Part shown: positions 56,518 to 64,000 of the stretch, piece after piece
Numbering within the stretch: the stretch's first letter is position 1
Layout: each line of letters opens with the position of its first letter
Assembly (NCBI GenBank): GCA_964512765.1
Contig: CAZEKF010000006.1
Location: 2,747 to 66,746 of the forward strand
DNA from: an uncultured Methanosarcinales archaeon
GTDB taxonomy: Archaea > Nanobdellota > Nanobdellia > Woesearchaeales > GW2011-AR15
Direction: 5' to 3'
DNA length: 64,000 bases
The notes under the pieces: generated by a model
Told to the model about the DNA's origin: nothing
What the model saw: only the letters and a program-made list of their open reading frames with translations
The model's database searches: none
Program-made: the position numbers and the translations under genes

Positions 56518-56619
56518 ATGAAAAATAATATTATGACAAACGCTGCTGTGTACAACAAAGAGTTTAGTTCTTTAATAGATAATATTATTTTGAATGTGAA
56601 TTGGTGTTGGTGGCTTTAG
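56518..56619 (+). CDS. Candidate trp leader peptide (33 aa) ending NVNWCWWL
   Basis: Encodes MKNNIMTNAAVYNKEFSSLIDNIILNVNWCWWL*. Three TGG codons fall in the last five sense codons, directly upstream of tRNA-Trp and trpE. Confidence 0.5.
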   Translation: MKNNIMTNAAVYNKEFSSLIDNIILNVNWCWWL

Positions 56620-56638
56620 AGCCAATTCAGTGTTCTAC

Positions 56639-56712
56639 GGGGTTGTAGTATAACCTGGCTATTATTTCTGGCTCCAGACCGGATGATCCCAGTTCAAATC
56701 TGGGCAACCCCA
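56639..56712 (+). tRNA. tRNA-Trp (anticodon CCA), no intron, CCA end not encoded
   Basis: Acceptor stem GGGGTTG/CAACCCC. Anticodon arm TCTGG-CTCCAGA-CCGGA. T arm CCCAG-TTCAAAT-CTGGG. U8, A14, G18G19 and A21 are in place. The D stem is weak (3 bp). Confidence 0.85.
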
Positions 56713-56718
56713 TTACAA

Positions 56719-56725
56719 TTTTTTT
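56719..56725 (+). terminator. T7 tract between tRNA-Trp and trpE (archaeal oligo-T termination signal candidate)
   Basis: TTTTTTT starts 7 nt after the tRNA 3' end and ends about 20 nt before the GGTGA SD of trpE. Confidence 0.4.
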
Positions 56726-56746
56726 ATTAATTACAAATTATAATAG

Positions 56747-58384
56747 GTGAATAAATTGCAAAAATTAAATGGAAACAAAGAATATTTCAAAAACTTGTTA
56801 AAACAAGTTAAGGTAGGTAGTGTTATACCTTTGTATAAAGAGATCAAGCGAGCAGTAGATCCTGTTAAATTATTTGCAAAACTATCAGATTATGGTAAAA
56901 AACCTAATTCAATATTTTTAGAATCTGCTGCTAACATTGCAAAGTATGGTGTTATGAGTGTTGGTTCTGCTGATCCTTGTCTTAAGATTTCAGGTAAAAA
57001 AACCGAGTTTACAATTACTGCTTTAAACAACTTAGGTGAGAAAATCCTTGATCATATAAAGGATGACTTCAAGTTTTGTGAAAAGATAGTAGTTACTAAA
57101 ACAAAAATATCTGGAAAATTGGTTCCAGAACGTAAAAATGTTCATGAAATGGACAGGTTAAAGTTAAAGACACACATTGATATTTTAAGAATATTAGCTT
57201 TTAAGTTCCAACCAATATTTAAACCGTTTGTTTGTTATGGCGGATTATTTGGAGCATTTTCATATGATTTTATTGATCAGTTTGAAGATCTGCCAGAGTA
57301 TAAAAAAGATATCTTAAACGAAAAAAATTATGAATTTTATTTTGTTGATAATTTGTTTTTTGTCAATCACAAACTAAACAAAACATACTTTGTTGCAAAT
57401 GCTATAAAATTAGATGATGATTATGAATCTTTATTTCAAGGATGTATTAATAAAATAAAAAACTATGAAAAAGTTTTAAACAGTGAACAAAAGTTTCCAT
57501 ATGTAAAAAAAGAATCAGTTAAACATACATTAGATAGTGATGTTTCAAAAAAAGATTTTCTTAAAAACACAGAAAAAATCAAAGAGCATATTAACCAAGG
57601 AGATATTTTCCAGTGTGTTTATTCCCGGACAATCATTTCTAATTATAATTCAGAATGTTTTGATATATATAGATCATTAAAAAGATTAAATCCTTCGCCT
57701 TACATGTTTTACCTTAACTTTGGAAACAGTGTATTACTTGGTGCAAGTCCAGAGATGCATTTAAGAGTGCAAGGAGACGTTGATAAAAAAACAGTTGAAA
57801 TAAGACCAATAGCAGGTACTAAACCAAGAGGTATTGTTAAAGGAAGGATTGACAAAGATTATGATTCTAGATATGAAATTGAAATAAAAACTGATCAAAA
57901 AGAAGTTTCTGAACATACAATGCTTGTAGACCTAGCAAGAAATGATATTGCTAAGATATCAAATCCTGGGTCAAGGATTGTTGATGAAACATACGTGGTT
58001 GAAAAATATTCGCATGTCCAACATTTAGTGTCAAATGTAAAAGGAATCCTTAAAAAAGATCTTGATTGTTTACACGCGTATCTTACAACAATGAACATGG
58101 GCACTTTAACAGGTTCTCCAAAATTAAATGCAATGAAATTCTTAAGAAAATATGAAAAAACTAAAAGAGGTTATTATGGTGGTGCTGTTGGATATATTAC
58201 ACCGAGCAAAGACATGGATACTTGTATTGTAATACGCTCAATGACACTGAAAAATAATAAAGCATATATTAGAGCAGGAGCAGGGATTGTATATGATTCC
58301 ATACCTGAATATGAATATGAAGAAACTTCTAAAAAAGCTATGGCTTGCATTAAAGCAGTAAAGTCTACTGGAGGGTTAAAATGA
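56747..58384 (+). CDS. trpE: Anthranilate synthase component I
   Basis: LESA...; the chorismate-binding C-terminal region GTLTGSPK, RGYYGGAVGY, IRSM, AGAGIVYDS. Start is GTG 56747 or in-frame TTG 56756; GGTGA lies at 56746-50. Confidence 0.9.
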   Translation: MNKLQKLNGNKEYFKNLLKQVKVGSVIPLYKEIKRAVDPVKLFAKLSDYGKKPNSIFLESAANIAKYGVMSVGSADPCLKISGKKTEFTITALNNLGEKILDHIKDDFKFCEKIVVTKTKISGKLVPERKNVHEMDRLKLKTHIDILRILAFKFQPIFKPFVCYGGLFGAFSYDFIDQFEDLPEYKKDILNEKNYEFYFVDNLFFVNHKLNKTYFVANAIKLDDDYESLFQGCINKIKNYEKVLNSEQKFPYVKKESVKHTLDSDVSKKDFLKNTEKIKEHINQGDIFQCVYSRTIISNYNSECFDIYRSLKRLNPSPYMFYLNFGNSVLLGASPEMHLRVQGDVDKKTVEIRPIAGTKPRGIVKGRIDKDYDSRYEIEIKTDQKEVSEHTMLVDLARNDIAKISNPGSRIVDETYVVEKYSHVQHLVSNVKGILKKDLDCLHAYLTTMNMGTLTGSPKLNAMKFLRKYEKTKRGYYGGAVGYITPSKDMDTCIVIRSMTLKNNKAYIRAGAGIVYDSIPEYEYEETSKKAMACIKAVKSTGGLK

Positions 58385-58445
58385 ATGCATACTCACTATC
58401 GTTCATAGCATTCATTTTCCTTAATACTATATTTGAGGTGGGAAA

Positions 58446-59024
58446 ATGAATGTGTTGTTTATTGATAATTTTGATTCATTCACGTTTAACCTTGTAGATG
58501 AGTTTGAAAAAAGAAATTGTAATGTTATTACATATAGGTATAATGTTGGTTTTAAAGTTATTAAGAAAACCATTAAAAAAAATAATTTTAATCTGATAGT
58601 TATCTCGCCAGGAGGTTTTATTCCAAAACAAGTACCGTTATGTAAAGAGATTATACTTAATTATTATAAAAAAGTTCCAATATTTGGCGTATGTTTAGGT
58701 TATGAATGTATTGTTGAAGCTTTTGGCGGTAAGATTGTTAGAGCGCCTGTGCCTATGCACGGTAAAAGCAGCAGGATCTTACATGATAGTAAATCAATAT
58801 TTCAAAACATTCAAAACCCTACATTAGGTGGAAGGTATCATTCTCAAATAGGCACGAAAATACCCGATTGTTTTGAAATTTCTGCAAAAACAGATGACAA
58901 CCTTGTAATGGGTCTGCGTCACAAAAAATACTTTGTTGAAGGAGTGTTGTTTCATCCTGAATCAATATTAACACCGCAAGGTGGAATTCTTATTCAGAAT
59001 TTAATTAACAAGGTGAGAAAATGA
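58446..59024 (+). CDS. trpG: Anthranilate synthase component II (glutamine amidotransferase)
   Basis: IDNFDSFTFNL, GVCLGYE (catalytic Cys), LFHPES. GAGGTG SD. Confidence 0.9.
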   Translation: MNVLFIDNFDSFTFNLVDEFEKRNCNVITYRYNVGFKVIKKTIKKNNFNLIVISPGGFIPKQVPLCKEIILNYYKKVPIFGVCLGYECIVEAFGGKIVRAPVPMHGKSSRILHDSKSIFQNIQNPTLGGRYHSQIGTKIPDCFEISAKTDDNLVMGLRHKKYFVEGVLFHPESILTPQGGILIQNLINKVRK

Positions 59025-60028
59025 TTAAAGCTATTTTAAATAAACTTGTTGAGAAACAGAACCTAACTCAACAAGAAACTGAAACAGTAATGAATGATAT
59101 CATGTCTGGCAATTTAACAGATGCTCAAATAGCTTGCTTTTTAACAGCATTAAGAATGAAAGGTGAAACAATTGAAGAGATTACCGGTTGTGCAAAAGTA
59201 ATGAGAGAAAAAGCTGTAAGGATTACACCTAAAGTTGGCGGTTTGATAGATGTTGTAGGAACTGGAGGTGATAACTCAGGTAGTTTTAACATATCAACAA
59301 CAACTGCGTTTGTGATTGCTGGAGCAGGAATTCCTGTGGCAAAGCACGGTATTCGAAGTGTTTCTAGTAAAAGTGGAAGTGGTGACGTGTTAGAAAAATT
59401 AGGTGTTAACATTGATATAGATCCAGAAAGAGCTAAAGAAGTAATTGAAAAAATTGGTATTTGTTATTTATTTGCACCAATATACCATCCATCATACAAA
59501 TACGTTCTTGGACCAAGAAAAGAAATGGGCATAAGAACTGTTTTTAATGTTCTTGGTTCATTGTGCAACCCTGCTTTTGTTAAGTATCAAGTTGAAGGTG
59601 TTTATGATAAAGAACTTGTTGAACCACTTGCTTATGTTCTAAGTAAACTTGGATTAAAAAGAACAATGGTTGTCCATGGATCTGGTATGGATGAATTTAC
59701 TTTAACAGGCACAAATTATGTTGCTGAGCTAAAAAATAATATTATTAAAACATATGAAATAACGCCTGAAGAGTTTGGGTTTGAAAAGTGCTCATTAGAA
59801 GAGTTAAAAGGTGGTACACCTGAAAAAAATGCAAAAATTACTTTGAACATTTTAAACAGAAGAAAAGGTCCAAAAAGAGATGTTGTTTTGTTAAACGCAG
59901 GTGCTGCGATTTATGTTAGTGGTAAAGCAGATTCTATTGAAGAAGGTATAGAACTAGCTAGCAAGTCAATTGACTCTGGAAAAGCATTAGAGAAGTTAAA
60001 TATGTTAGTTAAGGAGAGTAATAAATGA
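59021..60028 (+). CDS. trpD: Anthranilate phosphoribosyltransferase
   Basis: DVVGTGGDNSGSFNISTT, KHGIRSVSSKSGSGDVLE. Confidence 0.9.
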   Translation: MIKAILNKLVEKQNLTQQETETVMNDIMSGNLTDAQIACFLTALRMKGETIEEITGCAKVMREKAVRITPKVGGLIDVVGTGGDNSGSFNISTTTAFVIAGAGIPVAKHGIRSVSSKSGSGDVLEKLGVNIDIDPERAKEVIEKIGICYLFAPIYHPSYKYVLGPRKEMGIRTVFNVLGSLCNPAFVKYQVEGVYDKELVEPLAYVLSKLGLKRTMVVHGSGMDEFTLTGTNYVAELKNNIIKTYEITPEEFGFEKCSLEELKGGTPEKNAKITLNILNRRKGPKRDVVLLNAGAAIYVSGKADSIEEGIELASKSIDSGKALEKLNMLVKESNK

Positions 60029-60816
60029 AAACTACAAACACCATATTAGATAAAATTGTAGAGTATAATATAATAGAATTAGAATTAAGAAAAAAAGAAT
60101 TGCCTTTATCAGAGATCAAAAAACAACTTGGTAAGAAAAAAATTAAAAAAAGAGATTTCAAGAATGCTCTCAAAAAAAAGAATAAAATATCTTTAATTGC
60201 AGAAATTAAAAAAGCATCTCCTTCTCTTGGTGTGATAAAAGATAACATAGATCATGTAGAACTGGCTAAGGAGTATGAGAAAGCAGGTGCATCTGCAATA
60301 TCTGTATTAACTGATAAGAAATTCTTTCAAGGAGAATTAAGTTATATTCAAGACATAAAAGATGCAACTAAATTACCAATATTAAGAAAAGACTTTATTT
60401 TTGACGAATATCAAGTTTATGAATCAAAATTATGTGGAGCTGATGCTATTTTACTAATAACAAGTATATTAACAAAACAAGATTTAATGCATTTACTTAA
60501 GGTAGCTAAAAAACTTAATTTAGATTGTTTAGTTGAAACGCATTCTTACTTAGAATTAGAAACTGCTCTTGAATGCAACGCAGAAATTATTGGTATTAAC
60601 AACCGTGACTTAAAAACATTTGAAGTTAATATTAATAATTTTGTGAATTTAGCAAGATTTGTTCCTAAAGAAAAAATTCTTGTATGCGAGTCCGGGATTT
60701 TTACAAGATCTGATGTAATGAAAGTTAAAACTGCAGGGGCAGATGTAATTTTAGTTGGGACCTGTATCATGACATCTAATAATATTCAAAAAAAGATAAT
60801 GGAGTTGATTGTATGA
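60025..60816 (+). CDS. trpC: Indole-3-glycerol phosphate synthase
   Basis: LIAEIKKASPS.G, ISVLTD..FF.G, PILRKDFI, INNRDL. Confidence 0.9.
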   Translation: MKTTNTILDKIVEYNIIELELRKKELPLSEIKKQLGKKKIKKRDFKNALKKKNKISLIAEIKKASPSLGVIKDNIDHVELAKEYEKAGASAISVLTDKKFFQGELSYIQDIKDATKLPILRKDFIFDEYQVYESKLCGADAILLITSILTKQDLMHLLKVAKKLNLDCLVETHSYLELETALECNAEIIGINNRDLKTFEVNINNFVNLARFVPKEKILVCESGIFTRSDVMKVKTAGADVILVGTCIMTSNNIQKKIMELIV

Positions 60817-61442
60817 CTAAAATTAAGATTTGTGGAATTACAAATTATAAAGATGCTGATTATTGTGCAAAATTAGGTGTAGATTATCTTGGGTTTATTT
60901 TTTATAATAAAAGTCCACGGTGTGGGGAAGTAGAACTTATAAAAAAAATTACTGATAAACTAATAAAAACATATTTGAACATGGCACCAAGGTTAGTCGG
61001 TGTTTTTGTTAATGAAAAAATTGAGAACATTGTTGAGATTGTTAAAAAGTGTAAACTTGACTTAGTTCAGTTACATGGTGATGAAACTCCTGAATATATT
61101 AATGAATTAAAATCAAAATTAAATACTAATGTTCAAATCATAAATTCAATAAGAGTAAAAGATTCTGATTCATTATTAAATTTAAATAAGTATAATGCAG
61201 ATTTTTTTCATTTTGACACTTTTTCAAAAGATGTATACGGTGGAACAGGAAAACAGTTTGATCATTCATTGCTAAAAAACATTCCGAAACCATATTTTAT
61301 TGCCGGTGGATTAAATAATGAAAACATAGATACTGCTTTAGCATTAAAACCATACGCATTAGACTTTAATTCTGGTATTGAAATTATTCCTGGTAACAAA
61401 GATCATAATAAAATTAAACAAGTTGTAGAGAGGTTAAGATGA
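60813..61442 (+). CDS. trpF: Phosphoribosylanthranilate isomerase
   Basis: KICGIT, YLGFIF...SPR, VQLHGDE, GGTGK.FD. Confidence 0.85.
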   Translation: MTKIKICGITNYKDADYCAKLGVDYLGFIFYNKSPRCGEVELIKKITDKLIKTYLNMAPRLVGVFVNEKIENIVEIVKKCKLDLVQLHGDETPEYINELKSKLNTNVQIINSIRVKDSDSLLNLNKYNADFFHFDTFSKDVYGGTGKQFDHSLLKNIPKPYFIAGGLNNENIDTALALKPYALDFNSGIEIIPGNKDHNKIKQVVERLR

Positions 61443-62629
61443 AACTAAACACTAAATTTGGTAAATATGGTGGAACATACATTCCTGAACTATTAATGCC
61501 TGCACTTGAAGAACTAGAGGAAGCTTACATCAAATACAAAGATGATGCAATGTTTAACAATGATTTTAAACATTTGTTAAAAACATACGCTGGACGACCT
61601 ACTAGGTTGTACTTTGCACGAAATCTCTCTAAAAAATTAGGTTGTAAAATATATTTTAAAAGAGAAGACATGCTGCACGGCGGTGCTCATAAAACTAACA
61701 ACGGTCTTGGCCAAGGGTTGTTAGCAAAGTACATGGGTAAAACAAGGATTATTGCTGAAACAGGCGCAGGCCAGCACGGGTTTGCAGCAGCAATGATTGG
61801 CGCGTTTCTTAAAATACCTACTGAAGTTTACATGGGCACAAAAGATATTGAAAGGCAAAGAATGAACGTGCATAGAATGAGATTGTGCGGTGCTAAAATA
61901 ATTCCTGTTAAACTAGGTTCTTGTACATTAAAAGACGCTATTAGTGAGTGTCTTAGAGATTGGGTTACAAATATTGAAAATACTTATTATTTACTTGGAA
62001 CTGTAGCTGGACCACATCCATATCCTTCATTGGTCAGAGATTTCCAAAAAGTAATTGGTGAAGAAGTTAAATCGCAAATAATGGAAAAAGAAGGGAAGTT
62101 ACCTGATTACATTATTGCGTGTGTTGGCGGTGGTAGTAATGCAATGGGTATTTTTAATGACTTCATAGATGATAAAGAAGTTAAATTAATTGGAGTGGAA
62201 CCTGCTGGAAAAGGTCTTGACACTAAACATCACGGTGCTTCAATTGTTAAAGGACGTCCTGGTATATTTGACGGTTCATTATCCTATTTGCTACAAGATG
62301 AGAATGGCCAAATTAATGAATCATTCAGCATTTCAGCTGGTTTGGATTATCCTGGTGTTGGTGCACAATTATCACATTTAAATGATTCTGGTAGAGTTGA
62401 GTTTACTGCTGCAACAGATGATGAAACACTTCAAGCATTCAAACTATTATCTGAAACAGAAGGAATAATTCCTGCACTAGAATCTGCGCATGCTGTTGCT
62501 CATGCTATTAAACTATCAAAAAACTTGAAAAGAGATGACATTGTTGTTATTAACCTTTCGGGCAGAGGTGATAAAGACGTGTTTCATGCAAGTGAAGCAT
62601 TGGAAAAAGGTGATAATAATGAAAATTAA
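61439..62629 (+). CDS. trpB: Tryptophan synthase beta chain
   Basis: [22 protein letters not shown] (PLP Lys), [16 protein letters not shown]. Confidence 0.95.
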   Translation: MKLNTKFGKYGGTYIPELLMPALEELEEAYIKYKDDAMFNNDFKHLLKTYAGRPTRLYFARNLSKKLGCKIYFKREDMLHGGAHKTNNGLGQGLLAKYMGKTRIIAETGAGQHGFAAAMIGAFLKIPTEVYMGTKDIERQRMNVHRMRLCGAKIIPVKLGSCTLKDAISECLRDWVTNIENTYYLLGTVAGPHPYPSLVRDFQKVIGEEVKSQIMEKEGKLPDYIIACVGGGSNAMGIFNDFIDDKEVKLIGVEPAGKGLDTKHHGASIVKGRPGIFDGSLSYLLQDENGQINESFSISAGLDYPGVGAQLSHLNDSGRVEFTAATDDETLQAFKLLSETEGIIPALESAHAVAHAIKLSKNLKRDDIVVINLSGRGDKDVFHASEALEKGDNNEN

Positions 62630-63401
62630 CAAAAACGCGTTCATGGCGCATGTATACTACGGGGATCCTAATGAAGTGTTTTCAGATGAATTAATCAAAA
62701 TACTTATTGAAAGTGGTATTGATATTCTAGAATTTGGCATTCCTTTTTCTGATCCAACTGCAGACGGATCAACTTTCATTAAAGCTTGTGAAAGATCACT
62801 AAAAAAGGGTATGACTCCTAGGAAATGCATTGAAGGTATTAAAAAAATTAGAAAAAAAGGTTATATGTTACCAATTGTAGTTACTACATATTTCAATATT
62901 GTGTATCAATATGGAATCGAAAAGTTCATTAAAGACATTAAAGACGCTGGTGCTAATGGTTTAATAATACCTGAATTAGTAATTGAAGAGTCTGATGAAG
63001 TCCAGAAATATGGAGATAAATATGATATTAATATCATTTACTTAATAGGTCCATACTCCTCTGAAGAAAGAATTAAAAAGATATGTGAGAAAGCAACAGA
63101 GTTCTTGTATTTATGTGCAGTAACTGGCGTAACTGGAGCCAGAGAAAATGTAAAAAACTCAACATTTGAACTTATTAAAAGAGTTAGAAAACATACTGAT
63201 TTACCCTTGTTTATTGGTTTTGGCATTTCTAAACCTGAACATGTTAAGTTATTAATAAAAAATGGTGCTGACGGAGTCATAATTGGAAGCGCAATAGGAA
63301 AGATTTATGAAAGATATATTGTTAATAATAAAATAACTAATAAAGAACAATGTCTTAATGAAGTAGCTGGGTATGTTAAAGGCATTAAAAATTGTTGTTA
63401 A
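62619..63401 (+). CDS. trpA: Tryptophan synthase alpha chain
   Basis: [26 protein letters not shown] placed the start at the ATG at 62619 (GGTGA SD, 11-nt overlap with trpB). Confidence 0.9.
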   Translation: MKINKNAFMAHVYYGDPNEVFSDELIKILIESGIDILEFGIPFSDPTADGSTFIKACERSLKKGMTPRKCIEGIKKIRKKGYMLPIVVTTYFNIVYQYGIEKFIKDIKDAGANGLIIPELVIEESDEVQKYGDKYDINIIYLIGPYSSEERIKKICEKATEFLYLCAVTGVTGARENVKNSTFELIKRVRKHTDLPLFIGFGISKPEHVKLLIKNGADGVIIGSAIGKIYERYIVNNKITNKEQCLNEVAGYVKGIKNCC

Positions 63402-63415
63402 AATAAGTGAATTTT

Positions 63416-64000
63416 ATGGATGAAAAAAACATTAAAAGATTAAGAGTTGAACTCAAAAACACTGCTCTTGTAGCTGTTTCAAAAACTAAGTCTGTTGATG
63501 AGATTAAACAAGCAATTGATGCAGGTGTCAAAATAATTGGAGAAAATAGGATACAAGAAGCTGCAAAGAAATACAAGAAAGTAAAAGATTTTTTTGATGA
63601 AAAAAAGGTTAAATTTCATTTTATAGGGCATTTACAAACTAACAAGGTTAAGAATGCTGTAAAGATGTTTGACTTAATACAAACAGTTGATTCAGTCAAA
63701 CTAGCAAAGGAAATTGATAAAAGATCTGAACAAATTAATAAAATTCAAGAAGTGTTAGTTGAAGTTAATATTGGTAGAGAAGCGCAGAAGTCTGGAGTAA
63801 TGCCAGAAGATACAATTAAGTTTCTGAAAGAATTCAAAGAATTATACAATATCAAGGTTAGAGGGTTAATGTGTATCCCCCCATTAGGTAAAGATCCTAG
63901 GCCCTATTTTAAATATATGAAAGAAATATTTAACGAGTCAAAACTGGAAATATTGTCAATGGGCATGTCAAATGATTATAAAATTGCAATTGAAGAAGGT
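63416..64000 (+). CDS. YggS/PROSC-family PLP-binding (PLP homeostasis) protein, 3' end outside window
   Basis: Not in the ORF track, because the frame stays open to the window end. VAVSKTKS (PLP Lys), IGENRIQEA, HFIGHLQTNKVK, LRGLMCIPP, LSMGMSNDY. Confidence 0.8.
   Translation, partial: MDEKNIKRLRVELKNTALVAVSKTKSVDEIKQAIDAGVKIIGENRIQEAAKKYKKVKDFFDEKKVKFHFIGHLQTNKVKNAVKMFDLIQTVDSVKLAKEIDKRSEQINKIQEVLVEVNIGREAQKSGVMPEDTIKFLKEFKELYNIKVRGLMCIPPLGKDPRPYFKYMKEIFNESKLEILSMGMSNDYKIAIEEG

Noticed and set aside
1-64000. Search by eye for CRISPR arrays, rRNA genes, IS elements/transposases, integrases, reverse transcriptases (DGR/retron) and toxin-antitoxin pairs.
   Set aside because: I noticed no regularly spaced direct repeats, no rRNA-like GC-rich conserved segments, and no ORF with DDE, tyrosine/serine recombinase or RT motifs that I could defend. 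The only mobility-like signal is the trmB 3'-end duplication, reported as a finding.

Overview
This is an AT-rich (roughly one-third G+C by eye), very gene-dense archaeal chromosome segment. Archaeal identity rests on family B DNA polymerase, RFC large subunit, fibrillarin/Nop5, RpoL, RpoN, archaeal-type GlyRS and LeuRS, and CDP-archaeol synthase. The short overlapping genes, the many cysteine-rich secreted proteins and the patchy metabolism look DPANN-like, but that is inference. Blocks in order: (1) polB 3' end, a Nudix hydrolase and paralogous membrane proteins. (2) A TrmB regulator followed by an orphan two-gene module (456-aa protein plus 764-aa classical AAA ATPase), bracketed by a diverged duplicate of the trmB 3' end. 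(3) SAH hydrolase, Lrp, three HAD phosphatases, YchF, a radical-SAM/HhH protein, and several orphan ORFs poorer in Lys/Asn/Ile than their neighbours. (4) A CDP-alcohol phosphatidyltransferase + CarS operon. (5) GlyRS, RFC-L, fibrillarin, Nop5, MoxR. (6) A complete classical mevalonate/GGPP cluster (27.9-40.7 kb), interrupted by a two-gene secreted cysteine-rich cassette. (7) RpoL, LeuRS, RpoN, glucokinase, presenilin homolog, glycosyltransferases. (8) tRNA-Trp(CCA) and a complete trpEGDCFBA operon, preceded by an apparently leaderless mini-ORF ending NVNWCWWL. I saw no rRNA, CRISPR array, transposase or recognisable integrase. The best leads are the Trp-codon mini-ORF/tRNA-Trp/T-tract arrangement in front of trpE, and the AAA + 456-aa orphan module with its trmB-3'-end scar.
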